Assembly: GCA_021613535.1 (NCBI GenBank)
Contig: CP075496.1
Coordinates: forward strand, 62,001 to 126,000
Length of the DNA stretch: 64,000 bases
Reading direction: 5' to 3'
Origin: Adineta vaga
Lineage: Eukaryota; Animalia; Rotifera
Notes under the pieces: generated by a model
What the model was told of the DNA's origin: nothing
Databases searched by the model: none
What the model saw: the letters and a program-made list of their open reading frames with translations, nothing else
Made by a program: the position numbers and the translations under genes
Part shown: piece by piece, positions 35,990-46,285 of the stretch
Layout: the number at the start of each line of letters is the position of its first letter
Position numbering within the stretch: the first letter of the stretch is position 1

Positions 35990-36002
35990 TGGTGCACTGG
36001 CC
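35990..36002 (+). promoter_or_regulatory. Primer-binding site, probably tRNA-Gly
   Basis: TGGTGCACTGGCC is complementary to ..GGCCAGTGCA-CCA, a Gly-type acceptor end. Confidence 0.7.
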
Positions 36003-36084
36003 AAGTTTACTTGCAATCCAACAACACAGTAAACGATTCGGATCTTCATACACATCTTATTATTGGAAATATCACATTAGAAGT

Positions 36085-37200
36085 ATGACGAAAGATCAGG
36101 GTATCACCGACTTAACGGAGGGTGAACAAGGAATGAAAACAGAATCACCTTCACCAACCAATGATGTTCATGATCAAACACCCCAACCTCAATCTGATGA
36201 CATCATGAACGTATTGAAACAACTGCTGACGAAACAAGACCAACTACTTGAAGAAAACAGACAGCTGAAAAACCACGTGGCATTGCAACAAATTACCATT
36301 AGCAATCTGTCTGAAGTAGTAGAAACATTACAAACGAATCCACCTCTTCATCGTAAGTCAATAGCAAACCCATCAGTTATTGCTGTAGAAACATCAACGA
36401 TGACTGATTCAACAACAAATGCTGCTAACGAGAAACTCAATCTTCAACAACAAGCTGCTAAACAACTTCAATCCAAACGGATCGATCAGCTTCTGAATTC
36501 TACTCCATTTGCAGGAACAATGTCACAAGAAGTCTCGGATTGGCTTGAAGAATTCAATACCAAATGTGATAAACTTCAGTTCGATGATACACAACGTTTA
36601 TTAGTTGCTGTAGATCTTCTTAAAGGCAATGCTAAGTTATGGTATGACACGCATAAAGAAGCAATAGAGAATTGGAAAACATTTACAGATAAGTTAACAT
36701 CGTATTTCAAACTTGTGACTGGTACTGATCAATTTCAATTGGAGCAAAAGCTTTATAATCGACGTCGCCAGCATTATGAATCAGCAATTGATTATTGTCA
36801 CAATGTACTAAAACTGTGTTCAAAAGTTAATAAGGAGATGAGCGAAGAAAATAGGATCAAGCATCTCACTCAAGGACTTAATCCAAATGCTCGATTACAC
36901 ATGGATTTGAAAAACCCAAACAATACAGAAGAATTTCTCGAAGCACTCATCAAGTTCGATAAATGGCAAATGGAAGAACAAAATCGACAACGAACTCACA
37001 TACCATTTGATCAACGACAGCACACTTCAATGAAACCATTATATCAAACAAATGGCTCCTCAATTCAACAACGAACTCCTAATAACCATCAACCTCCGTA
37101 CGATCAGAAACAACAAAACAGCAATGGAAAAGAATATGATGGTTGTTGGTCATGTGGTGGAATGGATCATTATCAATATCAATGTTCAAAAAACTATTAG
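36085..37200 (+). CDS. gag: Gag
   Basis: Coiled coil, retrotransposon capsid region, knuckle CWSCGGMDHYQYQC. Confidence 0.9.
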   Translation: MTKDQGITDLTEGEQGMKTESPSPTNDVHDQTPQPQSDDIMNVLKQLLTKQDQLLEENRQLKNHVALQQITISNLSEVVETLQTNPPLHRKSIANPSVIAVETSTMTDSTTNAANEKLNLQQQAAKQLQSKRIDQLLNSTPFAGTMSQEVSDWLEEFNTKCDKLQFDDTQRLLVAVDLLKGNAKLWYDTHKEAIENWKTFTDKLTSYFKLVTGTDQFQLEQKLYNRRRQHYESAIDYCHNVLKLCSKVNKEMSEENRIKHLTQGLNPNARLHMDLKNPNNTEEFLEALIKFDKWQMEEQNRQRTHIPFDQRQHTSMKPLYQTNGSSIQQRTPNNHQPPYDQKQQNSNGKEYDGCWSCGGMDHYQYQCSKNY

Positions 37201-40200
37201 GGGAAATACGTGATGGTCGTATTTCCGTTCCTCAATATCATCCATCACTCATTATCATTGAAACCGTAATTAATGGTAAACCCGCATATGCAATGGTAGA
37301 CACAGGTGCAACAACATCATTAATTTCAAGATCTGAACTGAATAACATTTCACATTCCTCAATTCAACCAACTGAAACAACAGCAACGCTTGGAGATGGT
37401 CGAACTCAAATATTAGTCAATGGATTAGTAGAATTAGCAATAACCATAAATAATATCACCACATGTATCAAAGCTCTTATTGTTGAATCTTTGGGTGCGA
37501 ATATCATTCTTGGTATGGATTGGTGCAAATTAAACAATGTAAAGGTAAATATACATGAAAACCAAATTGAAATAACTCATCCACAATATGGAAATACAAT
37601 AACTCCATTTATCAATGATGGCTCGGTCGATGCTTGTCTAGGTGAACGTGTAGCATTACTACCATATCACGAACATATTGTCAAAATGCAGACTCCGATA
37701 TCGTCTGCCATGATTACTACATTTTTGCCTGACTTAAAAAAATGTTCGAAGTTAAAAATTGAGATACCTGATGCTTTTGTTGAAATAAACGATTTCTCAT
37801 TTTACATTTCGATTTTTAATCCTACAAAAAATGTTCATAGGTTAGATTCTTATTTAAAATTAGGATCAATACACTATCAATCACATAATGAAACAATGTA
37901 CAACCTGCTGGATTCATCAAATCCATCGAATAGTATGAAACAACATGCATCAATTAATACAATAGAAATAGATGAAAATCCACAATCAAAATTAACACCA
38001 ATCGTTGACAACATTTTACAGAAATTAGTGGCCCACATACAAGACAAACAACATCATGATGATTTCCTGAATATCCTTCAACAAAACAGACGTTCCTTTG
38101 ACACTTCCAAAATGACCAGAGCACACACGAAAATCCATCATACCATCAACACCGGTGATCACCCACCAACGAATGTTCGTCCATATTACAAAACAATACA
38201 ACAACGAAAAGAAATCCAACAAGAAGTTGAAAAGCTAGTAAATCAAGGTATTCTTCGTCCATCTCATTCACCTTGGTCGTCTCCAGTGTTATTGAAAAAG
38301 AAACCAGACGGTACCTTTAGATTTTTGGTTGACTTTCGCCAACTTAATGCTATTACAAAAAAGGACTCATACCCACAACCATCTGCAGAAGAACTGCTGC
38401 ATCGTCTTGCTGGTCACCGGATCTTCTCAAAACTTGATCTAAAGTCAGGTTATTTTCAGATTCCAATTCATCAATCTGATATTCCAAAGACGGCCATTAT
38501 CACACAAGATGGTTTATATGAATTTACAGTATTGGCACAAGGATTGATGAATGCACCACCCACATTTCAACGGGTGATGATTGAATTGTTGGCCAATGGT
38601 CGGTGGGATTATGTAGTTGTATATCTAGACGATATAGTAATTTTTTCCAAAAATATTGATGAACACAAACAACATGTTTCAGATGTTTTATCAACACTTC
38701 ACAATGCTAACTTTCAGGTATCACCATCCAAATGTTCAATTGCCGTCGAAACAATCGAATTTTTGAGTCATATTGTTACCTGTGATAAGGTTGAACCATC
38801 ACCTGACAAGATCAAAGCGATAGTTGATATCGCTCCACCAAAAACACTTGCTCAAGCAAATAGATTTATTGGGAAAGCAGGTTATTATAGGAAATTTATT
38901 CGAGATTTTGCTAAAATAGCTGCACCCATCCACAAAGTTACTAACAAAACTCGAACTAAACATCATGAATTTATATGGGGACCAGATCAACAAATGGCGT
39001 TTGAACAAATGAAATCAATATTGACAACGGCACCATTATTTTTGAACTTTCCTGACCATTCACTGCCATTTATATTATCTACTGATGCCAGTGATTATCG
39101 AATAGCCGGAGTACTCAAGCAAAAAGCAGTTGATGGAATGAATATATGCTATTACAAATCCAGATTATTGAACGATGTCGAACGCCGATATTCAACAACA
39201 GAAAGAGAAGCATTGGCCATCTATTGGTGTTTAACTGATTTACGAAATTACATTGGCGATTCAGAAATCATCATTGAGACCGATCATAAACCACTTGTTA
39301 ATATGCATCACAAGAAATCCTTTGGAAACAAACGAATTGATAATTGGCTTATACATTTACAAGATATGATTCCACAAATTCTTGAAATAAAATATCAACG
39401 TGGTATTGACAATAGTGGACCAGACTATCTCACCAGGTATGATACAATTGAGAATGAAGAAATTACACATTCATGTTCTGCTATTACTCGATCAATGTCC
39501 AAACAAGTCACAGTGCAAGGTGCATCAACTACACCATTAACACCCACACCAAATACAACAACACCTCCGACAAGTACTGACGAAGAAAAATCTCCATCAA
39601 CATTGGCACATCATCTCGATTTGAGTTTTGGAAAAATTCAAATTGAACAAACTGCGGATCCTGATGTTCAAAAGATTCTGGCTCGTATACACGAACCGCA
39701 AATGCATAATTTTTTAGTATATGACAATCTTTTATATCGCCTGGTAGTTCAGAGGAACAATGGCACCAAAAGAAAAATTCCGTACTTACCTGCTACAATG
39801 GTCAATATGGTACTTGAAGCATTTCATGACCACCCATTGAGTGGACATTTTGGAGTACAACGGACACTACAAAAAATTCGTTCCAGATTTTGGTGGCCAA
39901 AAATGCGAAAAAACATAGAGAATTATATTGCATCTTGTCCACAATGTATGAAATTCAACATATTGCGTAGCAAGCCATTTGGACACCTCAAATCATATGA
40001 TCCACCTGACGATGTTTTTCAAACTGTACATATGGATTTTTGGGGACCAGTACGTACTTCTTCGAGTGGCGATAGATATGTAGTAGTATTGACTGATAAT
40101 CTCTCAAAATACGTCATTGCAGAAGCGCTTCCAACAAACTCTGCACATGACACTGCTAATTTTCTTTTGAACAAGTTTATCTTAGTGCATGGTGCTCCTG

Positions 40201-40844
40201 TACAATTAATAACTGATCAAGGTGTTCATTTCAACAATAGATTAATGAAGAATATCATGCAATTATTAAAAATCAATCATAGTTTTTCGGCTACCTACCA
40301 TCCGGAAACTAATGACCAGGTGGAGAGATTCAACGCCACCTTTTGTACACAGCTGGCAAAATACTATGATCAGAACGAGAACGATTGGGATTTATACCTT
40401 CAATCAATTGTCTATGCTTATAACACAGGCACTCACACTACTACGGGATACATCCCGTATGAACTGGCATATGGTCGAAAGCATAGAAGTCCATTTGACT
40501 TCACGAGTCAATCTTTTCTTCTTGCTGAACCTGATCAATTTTATGAACATTTAAAGAAAACACGCCAAATTATCCTCCAACAAGCTCAAAACAACATTCG
40601 CCATCAACACCAACTAATTCAACAACGTTATAACAAACAGCGGAAAAATATTTCTTACAATATTAATGATTTGGTTTTTCTCAAAGTCTATGGGAACCGC
40701 ACAAAACTGGATGAAAGATGGATTGGGCCATGTCGAGTAATGAAGAAAATTGGTGAGCAAAACTATGAAGTGGAAACCAATGATGGAAAAGTGACATCAG
40801 CTCATATCAACCAGTTACGTCCGGTGGTGCACCGAAATATATAA
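37188..40844 (+). CDS. pol: Pol (protease, RT, RNase H, integrase) via -1 frameshift
   Basis: VDTGA, YLDD, STDAS..TDH, HHCC plus DDE integrase; slippery A AAA AAC at 37188-37194. Confidence 0.95.
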   Translation, partial: KKLLGEIRDGRISVPQYHPSLIIIETVINGKPAYAMVDTGATTSLISRSELNNISHSSIQPTETTATLGDGRTQILVNGLVELAITINNITTCIKALIVESLGANIILGMDWCKLNNVKVNIHENQIEITHPQYGNTITPFINDGSVDACLGERVALLPYHEHIVKMQTPISSAMITTFLPDLKKCSKLKIEIPDAFVEINDFSFYISIFNPTKNVHRLDSYLKLGSIHYQSHNETMYNLLDSSNPSNSMKQHASINTIEIDENPQSKLTPIVDNILQKLVAHIQDKQHHDDFLNILQQNRRSFDTSKMTRAHTKIHHTINTGDHPPTNVRPYYKTIQQRKEIQQEVEKLVNQGILRPSHSPWSSPVLLKKKPDGTFRFLVDFRQLNAITKKDSYPQPSAEELLHRLAGHRIFSKLDLKSGYFQIPIHQSDIPKTAIITQDGLYEFTVLAQGLMNAPPTFQRVMIELLANGRWDYVVVYLDDIVIFSKNIDEHKQHVSDVLSTLHNANFQVSPSKCSIAVETIEFLSHIVTCDKVEPSPDKIKAIVDIAPPKTLAQANRFIGKAGYYRKFIRDFAKIAAPIHKVTNKTRTKHHEFIWGPDQQMAFEQMKSILTTAPLFLNFPDHSLPFILSTDASDYRIAGVLKQKAVDGMNICYYKSRLLNDVERRYSTTEREALAIYWCLTDLRNYIGDSEIIIETDHKPLVNMHHKKSFGNKRIDNWLIHLQDMIPQILEIKYQRGIDNSGPDYLTRYDTIENEEITHSCSAITRSMSKQVTVQGASTTPLTPTPNTTTPPTSTDEEKSPSTLAHHLDLSFGKIQIEQTADPDVQKILARIHEPQMHNFLVYDNLLYRLVVQRNNGTKRKIPYLPATMVNMVLEAFHDHPLSGHFGVQRTLQKIRSRFWWPKMRKNIENYIASCPQCMKFNILRSKPFGHLKSYDPPDDVFQTVHMDFWGPVRTSSSGDRYVVVLTDNLSKYVIAEALPTNSAHDTANFLLNKFILVHGAPVQLITDQGVHFNNRLMKNIMQLLKINHSFSATYHPETNDQVERFNATFCTQLAKYYDQNENDWDLYLQSIVYAYNTGTHTTTGYIPYELAYGRKHRSPFDFTSQSFLLAEPDQFYEHLKKTRQIILQQAQNNIRHQHQLIQQRYNKQRKNISYNINDLVFLKVYGNRTKLDERWIGPCRVMKKIGEQNYEVETNDGKVTSAHINQLRPVVHRNI

Positions 40845-41166
40845 TTCTTATATCATATCATAAACGACAATCACAGGCGAGGTGGCAACGTCTAACAACC
40901 ATTGGTTAATCAACAACATGTTCCGTAATATTCATTTGAAAATTATCAAGCAAAATCTGGCGTGGCAACGGATATTTGGTCTTACATCAATAGAAATTAC
41001 TTGGTTTGGTATCAATCAATAGGAATTGCGAAGTTTAGTTCAACAACTTTTTTGAATTTTCTATTCCTATTACATGTTTTATTATTTGTTCTTATTCTGG
41101 TTTTCTTTTATCTGTTTTTATTCATTATTGATACGCGGGACGCGCATCTTTTCTGTATAGGGGAGG

Positions 41167-41421
41167 TGTTATGATCCGATCCCTAGATCAGATCATAATG
41201 CAGTCCTGGATAGATATATCTATATATCTATATATATTAGATGATGGTATCTTCTCCAGGTACGATCTCACTGATTACACTAAGATCTAGCTCCCTGTAA
41301 TCACTAATCTATGAGTGCACTATGTTCAAGGTCTTAGGATTTCGATGTATAAATACATCAGTTGCTTTTCAAATAAAGATGTAGAATTGTCCTCCAACCA
41401 ACTTTGTGTTAGGAGTTAACA
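41167..41421 (+). repeat. 3' LTR
   Basis: No difference from the 5' LTR by eye. Confidence 0.95.
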
Positions 41422-43873
41422 CGTCGGAACTCGATCTTTGAAATGATCCATTCTATTGATATTAGTTATAAAAAGATTGAAGATATTCTGTTAGAAAGAA
41501 AAGAATCTGCTGATTATTTAGATAAAATCGATCGATTTTTATTAAAAGATGTTAGTGTTGTCTTATCTTCATTTAAAACAGCAAGTGAACAATTATCAAT
41601 GGATGAAGTTCGGACGATTCATTTGGTTCTTCCTTGGATTAATAAACTCAAATCTAATTGTGAAATTCAATGCGATGATTCAAATGAAATTAAAAAGTTC
41701 AAATCTACTTTATTAGCACGAATAAATGACAAAGTTTGGTTAACTGAACTTCATGATATAGCTACGTTTCTTCATCCAATAACAAAGAACTTGTTGGTAA
41801 GTCTCTTTAAAAATTAAATCATTTATTCAAATTTTCTAACTTTCTAGTCATATAATCAGAAAGAGAGAAGAAAAATTCATCAATCCACACGTGATATGCT
41901 TAAGACTATGATGATTTTTGATACAGATAATGATTTACAAGAGATTTATCCAGTAACAAGTGCCAGTTCAAACAACAGGGGATCGAAAAGGATGAAAAGA
42001 ACCGATACTTCACAAGAAAATGTGATGCTCGAATTCGCTCGAGAAGATCCAGGTGAACCAGATAATCAAGATGACGAAATCGATCGCTATGTAAAAACAA
42101 AAGTAGTTTTTATGGCGAATGAATGTGTTTTAAATTGGTGGAAGAAATGGTCGATCAACTATCCAAAACTAAGTGTCCTGGCACGATCTTTATTTGGCAT
42201 ACCAGCCAGTTCGTGTTCGAGTGAGAGAATATTCAGTGCGACGGGACGAATTCTCGATGAACGTCGACAAAACTTAAGTGATGAGAGTGTTGATGATATT
42301 TTGTTCATCAGAAACTTCAAAAAAATTGTATTGTAAAATTTAAAATAAAAAATAAATCATCTAAAGAATATCAAGTGGTTTTTATCTATCAATTTGTGAA
42401 ATACTTCACTGGAACTATGATGAAGAACAAATAGTTATCGTTTTTATATGATGAAAGAAAGTTAAAGTAAAAACTACTTTTAACCAGTTAGAATAAAATT
42501 ACGATATGAAATATGTAGAGCAGGGTAGGGTAGGGTTAGGGTACGAAGTTCGTAGGGTAGGGTTAGGGTACGAGGTTTGTAGGGTAGGGTAGGGTTAGGG
42601 TACGAAGCTCGTAGGGTAGGGTAGGGTCAGGATTTAAAATTTTTGTTTTGTCAGGGCATAGGGTAAGGCAAATGCTTACCCTGCACATGTCTAATCTATA
42701 AGCATGTCGATCGTAATCGACATCCTACCATTGTTTATAAAATACTGTTAGTCATTGCTTATTCAAAAAGAAAGATAATATTGCAAAGGAATGAAATGTA
42801 ACTAATTTTTGTTTTATCATTTAATCTATTTTTCTTTAGACATTTATTATGACCTATATCCCATTATATTTTGCTTATATCATTATTACGATTAACCTTT
42901 GTTTTATTTCAATATATTTTGATGATGTATATGTATTAAAAATAACTATTATCACAGTCTAATCGGAGGATTCAAAATGATTCTTTTAATATATTTAGTC
43001 TTTCTTCTTATAGTTAATCGAATATTATCACAATAACAATATTTTGAATTGTGGAACCAAATCGTAAAGTAAATTCTTTATTAGGTTTTTCATTAATAAT
43101 TTTCTCTTGATATAACCATTCGATTGTATTATTATTTAATACTTTGATATCTTAAAATAAATAAAAGAATATTTTCTTTTTCTTAAAATTTTATATTTAC
43201 TAATATTATTCATATAATTGGAAGATATTGTACGAAGAAATTTCATTTGATCTGCAGGACATTCACTTATAGTATCAAAATAAGCTGATAAATGATATTA
43301 TTAGATTTCTTTATGGGTAACAATTTGAGTAAAAATTTGATGCAAATTACAGCAGCTTTCAATTTCATTATTTAATTAATATTTAAATATTATTTTGAAA
43401 GAAAAAATCAATATATGATTTTAAAAAATAATGATTTATTTAATAAATTAAATAATTTAACAAGAAGATAAGAAAAATTATTTAAAAAAGATTCAGTCGA
43501 CGTTTCGAAGGATAACCCTTCATTTTCAAGACCAGATGTTAAATGATTCATGAATACAGAAACAAAGAAAGAGAAAAAAGATTGTCATCTATCTTATATA
43601 TTCCAATCAAAAACAGTACCTATACCGCTTCGATGAAATGAATATCTTACTAACAATTATAGTGTGATTTCATGCTTGATGGCGTTATCTATCGAACTGG
43701 CTAACTTGAATATATACGACAGATGACAATCTTTTTTTCTTTCTTCATTTCTGTATTCATGAATCATTCAATATCTGGTCTTTAAAACCAAGGGTTATCC
43801 TTCAAAACGTCAATACAACAACCAACCATATAACTTTCTAAATAAACCAAGTAATATTACACTCAATGATTTA

Positions 43874-46093
43874 TTGAATATTTTTTCAATTAATACTACG
43901 TTAATTGGACCTTTTAATTCAAAAATTAATTCATTCACAAATACAACTACTAAACCTAAACCAACGCTCAATCTGTATAACCAATCTATAAATAATACAT
44001 CAACTAACCAACAAAATACAAATACTAACCAAACCAATATCACATCTATTAAAATAAAAAAGAAATCGTTTGCTAATTTAAAATTCAATTCAGATAAGAA
44101 ATTAACTAATACACATGATATGAATTTAGTCAATAATTATACCATTGGACTTTCTAACAATCTATATTTTGTTTCAGACAATAACTCAATCTATTTTATA
44201 AATGATAATCTAACTAACTATGTCGATAGATTGAATACAAATAACACGAATAATGACAAACTAATTTTAATCTATAACATCAAACCATTGATTTACTCAA
44301 ATACATCTTTTAATAACATTTCATCCTCATCATCAATCTATAAACTAAATTGTTGTTCGTTCAATAATTTTATTAATACCATTGAAGGTATTGATTCAAA
44401 TATCATTTTTAACAATAAATCAATATTTAACACAATTGATAATGCACATAATAATTTAATCTATATTGAATCATTTGATTCCAATACCAATTTTGACAAC
44501 TTTTCAATTTCTAATACAAATATTAATACACGCAATATTTTAATCGATATTGAATTATTTACTTCAAATTCTACTTTTGATAATAAATCAACATTCAACA
44601 ATAATACTTATTCATATAATAATAATTTAACTGATAATATATCACCTATTTCAAATACAATTTTTGACAATTTATCAATTTCCAACACAAATATCAATAC
44701 ATGTAAAATGTTAATCGATACTGAATCATTTGTTTCAAATACCATTTTTGATAATAAATCAACATTCAATACAAGTATCAATTCACATAATATTCTAATC
44801 GATAATAAATTATCTAATATTTCTAATATCACTATAAACAATTTTTCATCTATTTTTCCAACAAATAAACAAATAATTAATATAAATAAGATTTCATCCT
44901 TTTCTTCAACTGATATTGAATTAATTCATTTGAATAATTTTCCATCTAAATCTTCAATCAATAAAGATAAGTTGAATTCTAATATTAATACAATTAATGT
45001 ACCATCTATTTCTCCAATTCATATTGATACATCTAACAATAACATACAAGATAATATTTCTATTGTTAATGCATCTAATTTCACTAATTCTTTCATCACC
45101 ACCATATATAGAAAACCAACATATACAGGTTTAATAACTAAATGGAATTCTTTCGTTCCTCATTCTTACAAAATCAGCACCATAAGTAGTATGATATATA
45201 GAGCAATCAGGATTTGTTCTTCTTTTGAATTATTACATGAAGAACTTGAATTTATTGAATTTATTTGTAAATTAAATGGATATCCAGATGCTTTTGTAAA
45301 ATCACAAATTCGAAAAACGTTAAATAGATATATTGATAAGTCAAATGGAACATACATACATAAATCAAAAAAAGAGAATTTTAATTTGATTGATAATTCA
45401 CTTAAAAAACGTCATATTTTCTTTGACATACCTTTCTTTGGTAAACCAACTGAAATTTTTAAAAAAGAATTAGTTAAAATTTCAAGAACTATTGACCCAT
45501 TATTAAACGTTCAACCTGTTCAACGACCACCAGCATCTTTGTCAATATTCTTCCCATTAAAAGATCCAATACCACAGCTACTAAAATCTAAAGTCGTATA
45601 TAAACTAGATTGCTCTAATTGTGTAGCTTCATATATTGGTAAAACAGTGAGACATGTCAGTAAAAGATTTCTTGAACATGGATCAGACTCTAATAAAACA
45701 ACTTTAATTACAAATAATACCATTGTTCCAACTGATAATCTTTCTAATCTACGTCGCTCTGATAGAAATAAAGATAAACACATACAATATTTTCCTAAAA
45801 TAGCCGAAGAACTAATCTTACCTGTTTGCAATAAAGAGACACAATCAGCAGTCAAACAACATGAAAACAGCAATAAACATAAAATAGATTTTACAAACTT
45901 TAACATCCTAACTAGAGACAACAAGCACTATCAATTATTAGTTAAAGAATCTCTATTCATTCACAATCTTAAACCTTCCTTAAATAGAACCACTACATCA
46001 GTACCTTTAATAATCTTTCCTGAAGGATTAAAAACTAAACCTCAAGTCAAGATAAAATCTTCGTTAGATAATCTACCATTGGTGGAGAATTAG
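43874..46093 (+). CDS. Penelope ORF remnant: Asn-rich region, RT C-terminus, GIY-YIG endonuclease
   Basis: TTIYRKPTYTG..RAIRICS; VVYKLDCSNCVASYIGKT..RFLEH; KESLFI..PSLN; no RT catalytic DD motif. Confidence 0.85.
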   Translation: MNIFSINTTLIGPFNSKINSFTNTTTKPKPTLNLYNQSINNTSTNQQNTNTNQTNITSIKIKKKSFANLKFNSDKKLTNTHDMNLVNNYTIGLSNNLYFVSDNNSIYFINDNLTNYVDRLNTNNTNNDKLILIYNIKPLIYSNTSFNNISSSSSIYKLNCCSFNNFINTIEGIDSNIIFNNKSIFNTIDNAHNNLIYIESFDSNTNFDNFSISNTNINTRNILIDIELFTSNSTFDNKSTFNNNTYSYNNNLTDNISPISNTIFDNLSISNTNINTCKMLIDTESFVSNTIFDNKSTFNTSINSHNILIDNKLSNISNITINNFSSIFPTNKQIININKISSFSSTDIELIHLNNFPSKSSINKDKLNSNINTINVPSISPIHIDTSNNNIQDNISIVNASNFTNSFITTIYRKPTYTGLITKWNSFVPHSYKISTISSMIYRAIRICSSFELLHEELEFIEFICKLNGYPDAFVKSQIRKTLNRYIDKSNGTYIHKSKKENFNLIDNSLKKRHIFFDIPFFGKPTEIFKKELVKISRTIDPLLNVQPVQRPPASLSIFFPLKDPIPQLLKSKVVYKLDCSNCVASYIGKTVRHVSKRFLEHGSDSNKTTLITNNTIVPTDNLSNLRRSDRNKDKHIQYFPKIAEELILPVCNKETQSAVKQHENSNKHKIDFTNFNILTRDNKHYQLLVKESLFIHNLKPSLNRTTTSVPLIIFPEGLKTKPQVKIKSSLDNLPLVEN

Positions 46094-46248
46094 TCTTATG
46101 GATATCCATAATTCTATCTTTCTCTTTTCTCTCTGGGTGACATCTGTAAAGTTTTCTTATTGCAGATATATTCGGATAGTTCCTTTTTTCTTCGATGTCT
46201 TTTTCTGTTGTTTCTTCTTTCTGTTCTCATCGCTTGCCTTATCTTTTT

Positions 46249-46285
46249 GTCTTGAAAATGAAGGGTTATCCTTCGAAACGTCGAC
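46249..46285 (+). ncRNA. Variant hammerhead (U3-A8 core); inverted copy at 43496-43532
   Basis: GTC-TTGAAAA-T-GAAGG-gttat-CCTTC-GAAA-CG-TC-GAC. Confidence 0.65.

Larger units (their letters stand above)
35733..41421 (+). mobile_element. Ty3/gypsy LTR retrotransposon, full length
   Basis: 255-bp TG..CA LTRs, TSD CGTTG/CGTCG, PBS, PPT AGGGGAGG, gag and pol. Confidence 0.97.
35200..42693 (+). mobile_element. 5'-truncated hAT element interrupted by an LTR retrotransposon
   Basis: Exons with YLTDNASN, C..HCINL, CDTR|WNS (split by the insertion), ASSCSSERIFS; GGGTA subterminal array 42523-42630; end GCACATGTCTA. Confidence 0.85.

Noticed and set aside
42523-42630. (GGGTA)n / GGGTTA array resembling a telomere
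   Set aside because: Different unit from TGTGGG and directly inside a hAT terminus; it is a subterminal repeat
45520-45924. 134-aa minus-strand ORF (also 43810 and 44608)
   Set aside because: Antisense shadows of the Penelope ORF
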